Below are positions 41,232-53,348 of a stretch of DNA of 64,000 bases, piece after piece. The stretch lies in NCBI GenBank assembly GCA_965287045.1, contig OZ336872.1, positions 83,824,001 to 83,888,000 on the forward strand, given 5' to 3'. Each line of letters opens with the position of its first letter. The first letter of the stretch is position 1. The position numbers were made by a program, and so were the translations under genes. Source of the stretch: Carcharhinus amblyrhynchos (taxonomy: Eukaryota). Under the pieces are notes generated by a model. That model did not search any database. It had not been told where the DNA came from and was given only the letters and a program-made list of their open reading frames with translations.

Positions 41232-41331
41232 GGTGCTGTGCAGATTATCTTTAAAGGGAAAGGGAACGAAGTCGAGGCAGAGGCAGAATATGTGGAGACA
41301 TTTGCAAATCCATTCCCAGCAGCTGTGAGAG
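41232..41331 (+). CDS. PCCB: PCCB exon 14 (non-canonical GC donor)
   Basis: 100 nt; [33 protein letters not shown](G); ends GAG|GCAAGT. Confidence 0.94.
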
Positions 41332-42705
41332 GCAAGTGCCATAGAAAGGATATGTGTTTCACTTTTAAAAATATTTTAAATATCCTACTGAGGGCTGCAA
41401 AGTTCCCAATTTGATTTAAAATTCAGGATTTTAAATCAACATAATAATGGGAAGCAGAATAATGGGAAGCAGCACAGTAATATGACTTAATGCAAGGATA
41501 CAGAATTATGCCTACAAAGCTCAGCCACATTATAGAACATGGGCAGAGCAGGCAAGACTGGTGTGTTCCTCCCACCTTCACCTTTTACAGTCAAGAGTTC
41601 CAGTCATGGAGAGAAGTCTTTTGAAATCCAATAATGATAGCAGGTAAAAAAACAAACTGCTGGAAATGCTCAGCAGGTTTGGAGTATCGTCAGACCCTGT
41701 CACAACATACTTGGGGATACCATAACTTGCCCCAGTGCAATGATGGAGAAGCACAAACCATGATTAATATGATGACGTGTGCCCTGACCTTGATCTGTCC
41801 TTCAGTGGTGGTTTCACTGCCCTACACCAGGCTGATGTGGAGATTGCCAACTGGCTGAAGAATTACAAATTTAACATCTAGCTGGTTCATCAGTACAAAC
41901 AATAATACTGGTAATTCCAAAAACAATTCAAATTCAATTTTAATGGTTTTTGTCCAAAGATGTTGCTGAGTATTCCAGCACTTCATTTTTATTTCAATTT
42001 CCAACAGCTTCAGCATTTTCTGCTTTTATTTTAATGGTAGAAAAATTGCTTGATTTCCCTCGTACCAGAATGAATCATGAGCACTTTGATAACCTCGCCT
42101 TGAAAGAAAACCAGAAGGCTAACTTAAGGCAGGGTAAATTGGAATTCAAACCTAGCTATTCTTTATTCAAAAGGAGTCAAAATAAATAACTTCTATATAG
42201 TAAAAGTTTGTTTCCTTCCAGGCATTCTGTCTCCGATTAAGATATTTAGCACTGGGAAAAAAAAACTTTGAATTTGAGTTTGGTTATAAAAAACAGTACC
42301 TCTGCACGGGTTATCTTATAACAGTGACTTAGTAAATGTAGTACTAAGAGGACTGGTATGTGCGGTTAGCATTGGGATTTCTGTTATTAAGTGTTGTGTT
42401 GCACTAGGGATGTGTCACATGACCTGCTCAGTACCATTTTGAAGCACCTCTTTTGCGCGCACTTCCTTTCCTGAACCCTGCTTGCAGAGAGCACAGACGA
42501 GGGAAACAGCATAGGGAGGTAAATAAAAAAGATTTTAAATTGTAGGGTATAGTGCTGCATTAACAATGTTACACGTAACTCATGGTTTGCTGTTTCACCA
42601 TTTCCCCAAGTTTAGGGCAGTTAATAGATCAGGCAGATGTTTTTATGCTTGACTCATGAATTCAGTCTGCAAAAACTGGTCTAATCTGGTCATGTGTCCA
42701 CACAG

Positions 42706-42827
42706 GTTTTGTTGATGACATAATCGAACCAGCAACCACTAGAATGCGTATTTGTCGAGACCTCGAAATGCTGGCAAACAAGAAACAGACAAACCCCTGG
42801 AAAAAACATGGCAATATTCCTCTGTAA
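42706..42827 (+). CDS. PCCB: PCCB exon 15 (terminal, to TAA)
   Basis: 122 nt; [39 protein letters not shown] (KKHGNIPL C-terminus typical of the family). Confidence 0.97.
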
Positions 42828-42846
42828 AATTCAAACATGACAAACT

Positions 42847-43088
42847 AATAAATAGAATTTTCTTTATTACTACAAGTGTCCATTCATTCTTTGCAAATGA
42901 CACTATCCGGAATCCCCACAACATGCACCAAGAATTAGCTACAAAATAAAAAAAGTAGTAAATTATTTTCTCTGGCTGAATTGATGGGCAATGCATTTAT
43001 GTGTTAAATCAGTAAATATCTGATTCCATCACTGCCATCACTGTCAAGAGTATTTCAGTAAAATCTCTTAGCAACTCAATGAAATAAA
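42847..43088 (+). terminator. Candidate PCCB polyadenylation signals (AATAAA at 42847, 42945, 43083)
   Basis: Three AATAAA hexamers shortly after the stop codon; which is used cannot be told from sequence. Confidence 0.5.
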
Positions 43089-44127
43089 TCAATAATAAGC
43101 AAAAAAATACAAGATTGGTGAAAAGGACAGACTCTAATAAATTTGAGTGGGGACTTGAATATTGTTGAGCTCCAACTGTAATCTAATCCACCCGAATAGG
43201 AGCTGGCCAGATTGCGTCATATATCCATTTTAATGCTTCAGACATGTTGCAAATCGGATGCCTAACCTGAATCCAGTTGGATAGGTTAGTTTAAGTTTCA
43301 AGTCTCTGATAGCAACACGTCATAATGTTGATGCATGGATCTTTCAAGATATTATCACTACAATTAATGGGAATCTGAGTATTTAATAATCTTGTTTGAA
43401 TCATTGAAAATGGCATTGATCATTTACTTTTATGCCTTTTCAAATCACACTTAGTTTTCAACTTATCCATTTATATTTAAGATGGTCAGTGTGATGTAAA
43501 AACAAAATAGTAACATCATGGTATTAAATCAACTGGAACAGCATTGACAGTACTCTATAAATCCTGAATGTTAACAGTTTAACAGAGTTGCCATACTTAG
43601 GAGACATTAAACCCTCAAGGCTGTAGATGATCCTTGCAGTGCTATTCAAAGAGCAGTGGAAATCTCCTGACTAATATTTATAATCCCTTAATTGACTTCA
43701 CCAAAACAGATTTTCTGATTCCTTGTGGGCATATTGGTTGTAAAGCACTTTGTGACATCCTCAGAAGGTACAGTGACATAATGGTTGCACAGTGTTTATA
43801 TTTCTAGACTAAACATCCAAAGACAAGTTCAAATCCCACTATGACAACTGAGAAATTTAAGCTAATTAGGTAATTATGATCCCATAGAGACCAACAACTT
43901 CTACAAAGAAATGAATTTCCAAATGAAGGAAAGAACTTAAAAACTTATATTGCCATAAGCTAAAATCACCACAGATCAAACATTACTTAACAGGCAACCA
44001 ATGCATCAAAATAAAAATACTTCTACATTAACTGACACAACAGATACTTCTTACAAACACTTCGATGCAATACCTTGCTTCTGGCAAGTAAGTAGCACAC
44101 CTGCAAATACACCCAGTTCTCTAGCAG

Positions 44128-45950
44128 AAGAACATAGAAAAACTACAGCACAAATAGGCCCTTTGGCCCACAAGTTGCACCAAACATATCTCTACCTACT
44201 AGGCTTACCTATAACCCTCAATCCTATTAAGTCCCATTTACTCATCCAGAAGTCTCTTAAAAGACCCTATCAAATTGGCCTCCACCACCACCGACAGCAG
44301 CTAATTCCACTCACCCATCACCCTCAGTGAAAAACTTACCCCTGACATCTCCTCTGTACCTACTCCCCAGCACCTTACACCTGTGTACTCTTGTAGCAAC
44401 CATTTCAGCCCTGGGAAAAAGCCTCTGAGAATCCACCCGATCTATACCTGTCAACATCTTATACACCTCTAACAGGTCGTCTCTCCAAGGAGAAAAGACC
44501 GAGCTCCCTCAACCTTTCTTCATAAGGCATGCCACCCAATCCAGGCAACATCCTTGTAAATCTCTGCACCCTTTCAATAGCTTCCACATCCCTCCTCTCA
44601 TGAGGTGACCAGAACTACGCACACTACTCCAAGTGGAGTCTGACTAGGGTCTTATAAAGCTGCAGCATTCTCTCCTGACTCCTAAACTCAATCCCTCGAT
44701 TGATGAAGGCCAGTACACCATATGCCTTCTTAACCACATCCTCTACCTGCGAGGCCGATTTAAGAGTCCAATGGACCCGGACCCCAAGGTCCTTCTGATC
44801 CTCTACACTGCTAAGAGTCTTAACCTTGATATTATACTCCTTCATCCCATTTGATCTGCCAAAATAGACCACTACACATTTATCCGGGTTGAAGTCCATC
44901 TGCCACTTCTCCGCCCAGTCTTGCATCCTATGTCTCGCTGCAACTTCTGACATCCCTCCAAACTATCCACAACACCACCAACCTTCGTGTCGTCAGCAAA
45001 CTTACCAACCCATCCCTCCACATCCTCATCCAGGTCATTTATGAAAATTACAAACAGCAAGAGTCCTAGAACAGATCCCTGGGGCACTCCACTGGTGACT
45101 GACCTCCATGCAGAAAAAGATCCATGTACAACCACTCTCTGCGGGCAAGCCAATTCTAGATCCACAAGGCAACAGCCCCTTGGATCCCATGCCCTCTCAC
45201 TTTCTCCAGAAGTCTTGCATGGGGGACCTTATCAAACGCTTGCTGAAGTCCATATAAACCACATCTACCACTCTTCGTCAATGTATTTAGTCAGATTTTC
45301 AAAGAACTCAACCAGGCTTGTAAGGCATGATCTGCCTTTGACAAAGCCATGCTGACTACTTTTGAGCATAATAAACTTCTCTAAATGTTCATAAATCCTG
45401 TCCCTCAGGATCTTCTCCATCAGCTTACCAACCACTGAGGTTAGACTCACTGGTCGGTAATTTCCTGGACTATCCCTATTCCCTTTCTCGAATATAGGAA
45501 TCACATCTGCAATCCTCCGGAACCTCTCCCGTCTCCATCTCGCAAAGATCATCGCCAGAGGCTCTGCAATCTGTTCCTTCACCTCCCACAGTAACCTGGG
45601 GTACATCCCATCCGGTCCTAGCGACACATCTATCTTGATGCTATTCAAAATTTCCAACACCTCCTCTTTCTGAATGTCCACATACTCAATCTTTTCAGTC
45701 CGCCATAAGCCTGCAGCACAACCACCCAAATCTTTTTCCACCATGAATACCGAGGTAAAGTACTCATTAAGCACCTCTGCTATTTCTACCAGTTCTGTAC
45801 AAACTTTTCCACCTTCACATTTTATAGGCCCTATTCCTTCACATCTCATCCTTTTACTCTTCACATATTTGTAGAATGCTTTAGGGTTCTCCTTAATCGT
45901 ACCTGCCAAGGCCTTCTCATGCCCCCTTCTGGATCTCCTAATTTCCTTAA
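44128..45950 (-). mobile_element. CR1 LINE (second subfamily), 5'-truncated and frameshifted
   Basis: ORFs 45265-45909, 44872-45165 and 44624-44953 with [22 protein letters not shown] and FADD. Confidence 0.95.
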
Positions 45951-46467
45951 GTTTCTATGCCACACCTAGTTGTAGCTTACACTGGTCTAGTATCCCTAGT
46001 CAGGGGCACCTTGGCAACTCTTTATTTTTTCAATATCCAAGAGCTCTGTCTTTTCTAAAAACAGAAAATGCTGGATAAACTCAGCAGGTCTGGCAGCAAC
46101 TTTGGAGAGAAACAGAATTAACGATTAATCCATATGGCTCTTCCCTGTCCCTTTCTGAACAGGAAGCTTCTCCGCAGTAGTAGCTTCTATGTCTCTGGGC
46201 TTAAAAGCATCAAAACGGGCACCTAACCCTGCAATGGGTTTCTGTTTGTGTTTGTGTTTTTCTCTGCCCATGGCAATGGGATCACATGGGCATTTTTCTA
46301 AACCAAAATGTTTATCATGATTTCATCAAACCTCTTTTCAGAATATTCTGTTTTACCTTCAGTTAAAGGGGACTTTTTACAATATACCCATCTAGTAAAG
46401 TTCAGTGTTCATGACAAAATCCCATCAAAAGCTAGTATCCTTTAATGATTATTATGAAATTATCACT

Positions 46468-47520
46468 AATAGGAGCAGGAATAGGCCATTTAGCTCTTTG
46501 AGCCCACTGTGCCATTCAATGAGATTGTGGGTGATTTTCTATTTCAACACCATTTTCCTGCACTATCTGCATCCCTTTATGTTTTAATATATTCAATGAC
46601 TGAGTTTCCACAGCCCTTTGGGGTAGAGAATGCCAAAGATTCACCTCCCTGAGTGTAGAAATTCCTCTTCATCTCAGTCTTAAATGGCCTGCCTCTTATT
46701 CTGAGGCTGGGTTCCCTAGTTCTAAACCACCCAGCTAGGAGGTAATGTCCTTTCCACAACTGCCATATTGAGCCCTGTAAGAATTTTGTATATTTGAGTA
46801 AGATCTCTCATTCTTCTAAATTCCAGAGAATAAATCTCTGGTCCATTTAATTCTTCCCCAAATGACAATCCATCCATCCCATGAATTAATTTAGTTAATG
46901 TTTGATGTGCTTCCTCAATGGCATGTATACCTTTCCTTGGGTAAGGAGACCACAACTCCAAACAATATTCCAAGTGTAGTCTCATCAAGACACTATAATT
47001 GCCATAAAATATCTCTACTTCTGTACTCTTGTAATAAACGTCAACATATCATTTACCTTCTTAATTGCTTGCTATACGTGCATTAAAGCTTTAAGTGACT
47101 CATGAATAAGGACACCCAATTCTCTTTGAAGTTCAAAACCTCCCGTCTTTTACCATTTAAGAAAGTCCATTTCTGTTTTTCCTACCGGAGTGCATAACCT
47201 CACATTCTTCTGCCTACTCACTTAGCAAATCCTCTTGAAGCACAATGCACCTTCACAACTCACACTTCCACCCAGCTTTATGTCGTCTGAAACTTGGAAA
47301 TATTATATTGTCTTCTCAACCAAATCATTGATATAGATTGTGAATAGTTGGGGCCCAAACACTGATCCTTGTGGTACACCACTAGTTACAGCCTACCAAT
47401 CTGAAAATGATCCAGTTATTCCTATTCTGTCTTTTCTGTGCATTAACGAGTTATTAATACATGCCAGTATGCTGCTCCAATCCTACATGTTCCGAGTTTG
47501 TTTACTAACCTCCTGTTTAG
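46468..47520 (-). mobile_element. Older CR1 LINE 3' fragment
   Basis: RLHLEYCLELWSPY and YSLEFRRMRDL peptides; CR1 tail at about 46470. Confidence 0.85.
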
Positions 47521-48119
47521 CATCTACAAGGCACATGTCAAGAACACTTGTGTTGTTGGAGCCAATCATCCACACAAGAAGCTTGACACCATCCAGGACA
47601 AGGTAATTGGGTGTCCTTATTCATGAGTCACTTAAAGCTTTAAGCAGATATAGCAAGCAATTAAGAAGGTAAATGATATGTTGACGTTTATTACAAGAGT
47701 ACAGAAGTAGAATTTGAATAGCATTCCAAACACAACCCAAAATGTTCATTCCTTCAACCTCAACACACAGAGGCAGCAATGAGTACCATATACTAGATGC
47801 ACTGCAATGACTTGCCAAGCCTCTTACAGCACCTGCCAACCCCTAGAAAGACAAAGGCATCAGATGTACGGTAATACAATCTGCAAGTATCTCTCCAGCC
47901 ACACGCCATCCTATCAATATTCCCTCTAAGATACACATCTGTGTGGCTGTTATGATTCAATAATAACAGGTTATTATTGAACAATAACCTGTTCAATAAC
48001 CAGGTTATTGAACAAATACCCTGGTAGTTGGTCAACTTGTGAGGAGAGGGGACTATAGGCTTCAAATGGAATTGAAGTAATGGAAGTGAACCTGCAGAAC
48101 ATCTGACTGTGAGCCTTGG

Positions 48120-49740
48120 ATTACAAGAAATAGGAGCAGGAGTAGGCCATTCGGCCCTTGATCTTATTGTGGCCTGAAAGCCACTTACCTGCGCACGCGC
48201 GCCCCCTCCCCTTACCAGCTTTAACTTCCTTCATGATAAAAAAATCTAATTCAGCCTGAACGTATTGAATGACCCAGACACATACAATTTTGCAGGGTCT
48301 GTTGGTGTCAGCATTTCAGACTCAGAACTCAATGGATTAAGCCATGTCCACAGCCAGAAAATCACAATTAGAGGGATCTTGAAGCTGATCCCAGGATTGC
48401 AAAATCTGAGTCTTCACTCCTCATTGCTGCCTCAGAGCCTGCATCCCCAACTGCTTGTCCCTCAGCCCCATTGAGGTTCGTATCCATAGCTTGGGAAGTC
48501 CTGCCCCACAGCGAAGACAGACAAAATATTGGTTTGCGGTTTCCTTGTTTCCCGTATTAATTCCCCAGTTTCACCCTCTTAAGAGGCCAATGCTCACTTT
48601 AGCTACTTTTCTTTTTTAAATACTTGAAGAAACTCTTACTGTCTGTTTTCATATTTCTAGCTGGCATTCTCTTATACTTCAATTTCCCCCTCATTATCTT
48701 TTAGTCATTCTTCACTGGTTTCTGAAGTCTGTCAGATCTTCTGACCTACCACTACTCTTCACAGTATTGTATGTTTTATCTTTCAATTTGAAATTATCCA
48801 TAACTTCCTTAGTTAGCCACAGTTGTTAAATCCTTTGCATAGAATCTTCATTTAATTGAGCACATCTTTGCTGTTCTGAAATGTCTGCCATTGTTCCTCT
48901 ACTCTCTTTTAACCTATTTTCTTAGTTCACTTTATCCAAATCTGTCTTTGTACCCTTGTAATTGCCTTTATTTAAGTTTAAGACACTATTCTTAGACCCA
49001 TATTTCTCACTCTTAAATCGAATGTGAAATTCAATTTTACGATCATTGCTACCTTAAGGCTCTTTCACTGTGAGGTCTTTAATTAATCTGTTTCATTGCA
49101 CATTATGTGGAGATGCCGGTGTTGGACTGGGGTAAACACAGTAAGAAATCCCACAATACCAGGTTATAGTCCAACAGGTTTATTTGGTAGCAAAAGCCAC
49201 TAGTTTTCGGGCCTTTGTCCCTTTGTCAGGTAAGTGGAGAGGTCAGGTGAACTTTTGCTACCAAATAAACCTGTTGGACTTTAACCTGATGTTGTGAGAC
49301 TTCTTACTGTCATTGCACATTTCCAGATCTAAAACAGCCTGCTTTCTGGTTGACACTAGATGTACTGTTTCAAGAAGTTGTCCTGTATATACTCTATGAA
49401 CTAATTGTTCAAGCTACCTTTGCTAATGTGATTTGTCCAATCTGTAAGAAGATTAAAATTACCCACGAATATTTCAGTATCTTTCTTTCATACTCCCCTT
49501 TACCCCATCCTACAGCATGGCTACTGTTAGAGTCCCAGTTTTGGCCACTTCGCACCCACATCTCTGAAATGGCTATTAGGTCATACATAGTTATTTCCAT
49601 TTGTGCTACCAATATATCCATTTTGTTATGAATGCTGTGAGTATTCAGTTACAGAGCTTTTAATTCTGTATTTTTTTAAACCATTATTGCAAACCCAGGC
49701 CTTATCTGCTGGTGCACTCAAGTTTGCACACACTGATTTG
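48120..49740 (-). mobile_element. Old CR1 pieces including the APE N-terminus
   Basis: LVAQMEITMYDLIAISEMWV motif; CR1 tail at about 48125. Confidence 0.7.
49105..49309. mobile_element. 205-bp mini Penelope element with inverted terminal halves and a 12-bp TSD
   Basis: TSD TCATTGCACATT at 49093-49104 and 49310-49321; about 59-bp internal inverted repeat; homologous to the ends of the 53349-54461 element. Confidence 0.88.
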
Positions 49741-49849
49741 GGAGTGCACACCATTCAGCAGCTCTCAGTGAATTAAAGCTTAACCTGGAGCTGAATGGAC
49801 CAGGTAATGCTGGCCTTACGCGTGAAACCCACATCCCTTGAATTAATAA

Positions 49850-50058
49850 AATCAAGAACTGCTTCTTCCCTGCTGCTGCCAGATTTTTGAATGGACCTAC
49901 TTCATATTAAATTCATCTTTCTCTAGATTCTATGATTGTGACACTACATTCTGCACTCTCTCATTACTTTCTCTGTGAACGGTCTGCTCAGTATAGCACG
50001 CAAGAAACAATACTTTTCACTGTATGCTAATACAAGTGACATTAATAAATCAAATCAA
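49850..50058 (+). mobile_element. LINE 3' end, Rex/Babar-like
   Basis: KNCFFPAAARFLN C-terminal motif and AATAAATCAAATCAA tail. Confidence 0.5.
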
Positions 50059-50460
50059 TTAAGGAAAGACAGATGACAATAAGTTTGAGATATAATCACA
50101 GCCTGGTGAGATTAACAAGAAATTATTTATAAATCATAAATATAAGTACCTGATGAAATATTAAATCCAAGTGATAGACAATCTGCTCACATTGTTTAGG
50201 CATTAACAAGAAAAAAAAGTCAGATTTCTACGAATATTTCCCAATTTTTCAGTCAGCGATTATTAAAAACTAAGTTTGAAAGTTTTAAAAATTTGCTAGT
50301 TCACGCAATGTAATTAACTGGTGTCTCTCACATAAGAATGTAAAATAAGTAGTCAATTGGTGTTGAAAATTAGGAAAAGGCTGATTAAGTGAGAAAATGC
50401 AGCAGCATCTTACTGGTAACTAACAGTTACCAGTAACTGGTAACTAACAGTTGCCAGTAA

Positions 50461-50786
50461 GGTGGCATGGTAGCACAGTGGTTAGCACTGCTGCTTCACA
50501 GCTCCAGGGAGCTGGGTTCGATTCCCGACATGGTTCACTGTCTGTGTGGAGTTTGCACATTCTCCTTGTGTCTGCATGGGTTTCCTCTGGGTACTCTGGT
50601 TTCCTCCCTCAGTCCAAAGATGTGCGTGATAGGTTGATTGGCCATGCTAAAATTGTCCTTAGTATCCTGAGATGTATAGATTAGTGGGTAAATATGTAGG
50701 GATATGGGGCAGGGCCTGGGTGGGATTGCGGTCGGTGATGGGTCGAATGGCCTCTTTCTGTACTATAGGGATTCTAAGCCATTCTA
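50461..50786 (+). mobile_element. Full-length HE1-like V-SINE
   Basis: A box GGTAGCACAGTGG, B box GGTTCGATTCC, V-domain, and CR1-derived tail GATGGGTCGAATGGCCT...GGGATTCTA. Confidence 0.9.
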
Positions 50787-53348
50787 ACAGTATAATCCAC
50801 AGTGGGTTCAGTTTACATTAATGGTGGAAACTTTTCCAAGCTGGAGAGTCAGAAATAAAATGTATTTGATAACGACCAACAAGCCAAGTTATTTTTGTTC
50901 AGGAATGTCATCGTCTAAGGCAGGAGGAACACCTCAGCTGACAATACTCCAAGATAAAAATGGCTTGAATTTCCTTGACTGTTGAGCTTTTGTACTTTTA
51001 CCTTGTATTTTTCACCTACTCAGCATCAAAGACTGTTCCTGCCATATGGATTGGCCCAGATTGCCTTCATACCCCTAGAAGAGATTAACAAGCACACAAG
51101 CAAATCATAGCAAAAACATCTACGTTAATGTACAAAATGCAGGTATTCCAACTCAGAGCATAAAAATCAACAGTTATGCTAGCTATACTACTGAACGTTG
51201 AAACAAGGTCCTCACTGGTATTTGCTGCCTGTCATCAACAGAACTTGGTCCCCTCCCCCTCCCCTGTTTGAAGCTTCACTCAGGCTATTAATTCAAGCAT
51301 GTATTTCTGATGATTGTATCATGCTAAAAAAAAACAAGGTGACAAAGATAAAGTGCACTGAGTTTCCTGTAAACTTGATTCAAGAAACTGCTCAAATTTG
51401 ACAGATGACCAGAAATATGTACAACCGTCACATAAAGGGACAGATCACGAACCAGCTCCAGTTGCTGCAAATTGTCACCTAGCTGTGGAATCCCATCTCA
51501 ATTCATACTTATAATGCCATGTAACAATATTGGTGATCTTAAATATGAGGGATATTTCTGGATAGAAGAGGATATTAACATTTAAAAACACTTACATTGC
51601 CTACGTACAGATCACCAGTTCTGCATTGTTATGTGTCAGCTGAATTGGGTAATTTATTCAAATGGAATCTGATTTTAACCCCATATGTTCTGAACTAGAA
51701 GGAAACAAATAATTTAAGGACTTCCAATTGCTGAGCAACTCCAAAGACATGCCAACTGATGTTTACATTAGTGCCTACGTGCTTCCCTTAATTCACATCA
51801 ATGCATGTACTAGCAGACTGTACATAATGTATCTAAAAAGTTTTTATTTAAATTACCTGCGTTTGCAGAAATCTGACACACCTTAAAGTCAATTCTTTTT
51901 CCAATTTTCAGTACCCCCATTCAATCAGTTCTCCACTTTGAATTAATAAGCTTGTCAATTAAAAAATCCCTTACCCTCCCGAATACCTGTCAACTCTTTT
52001 TTCAAACTGTTGTGTCTGACTCACTAATTGGCTCACTGGTGAACTGCACTGCCACTAATATCCCTACAAGATATTTCTTGCTGACATAATTTGCCATTTC
52101 TTGCTGCTGTCCTCTGCAGGCCATTACTCAGCCATTCAAGTATTTCTCACTGCTGCGTGTACAATTGATGTGCACACAATTGAACCACAAGTCACATTCC
52201 TGCAACCAATTAGACAATCTGAATATACTGCAGAAACGTAGCAGCCACCGTTTCTGAGCTGGCCGCTCCTGTCACTCCATGAATAGCTACATTAAATTGC
52301 CTATTTAAGTAAAACTTCTAGAAATGTTTCAGGTCAAAATCTTCTCCAGCACTTGTTTGGCTCATTTCCGGTGGCGTGCAATCCTTCCAAGTTCTCTAAA
52401 TGACTTTAAGCTTAATGCTTAATTCTCTTTTTCTCCATTAACATTTCAACAAATAGAAAATAAAACAGGAAACTTGATATATTATCTTAATTTAACTTGG
52501 TTGGAGTACACGTAGAGAGAGTCCCTGAAGGCAAGTTTGATTTTAATTGGTCTGAGGTTGAATCTCAGCACTGGTATTCCTTTCAAAATCACGTTCAGAG
52601 AGTTTTCTAAGGCAATGTTGAGAGGAACTGTAACACAGAAATCAATTATTACTGTTGAACAATGTCTGATAATACCTATGAAACTACACGGGATGGATTT
52701 TATGTGGATTCCCCAGATCCCAGTGCCTCAAGTCAGTTGTCATTGCCCTGACTCAGAAGTCACCTGTCCTCATAAGTCAGCAATGTTATGCTGGCAGCAC
52801 CCTTATTTGAGTTAAGGTGAGTCTTTTGTTCTCATCTGGTGGGAAGTCCTGCCCTAGAGAGCTGCTGGCTCATCTGATTTGGCTGATAGGTCTGCAGTCC
52901 CAGTAATGCTTAGATTTTGTACTGGTCACTTCTGGAACTACAAGCATTCCTACAAGGAAGAGGAGCCACGGAGGCAGGCTTCGGAGCTTAATCCAGTATT
53001 TCTGATGGGCCTGGCTGGAGAGCCCCAGCAAGTGGGTTGGGAGCCCAGGTTATTTTTGGGGAGGAGATGAGGAGTATTGAAGGGATAGGATCTAATTTTG
53101 CAAGAGGTACCCTCCCCTTTTTCTTGACAGTAGCCCATGCAGTAGCAAAAACTTATATCCTAAAACATAAATAGTGGCAAAAGCAGAATGATGTCATTAC
53201 TTGGCGATTAATGGTGTCAACAGGCCAAAGGGTGGACAGACAACCTGGCACCTTTCCTGCCTGCCTTAAAATGGGAGACAGATTGGGGGTGGGTGAGAAT
53301 GCCACCCATTTTATTTTACAAGTCCCTTCCTGGCTTTGAATATACCAG

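Noticed and set aside
50461-50535. tRNA gene
   Set aside because: The A and B boxes belong to a SINE head that continues into a V-domain and LINE-derived tail; the same applies at about 1615 and 33400
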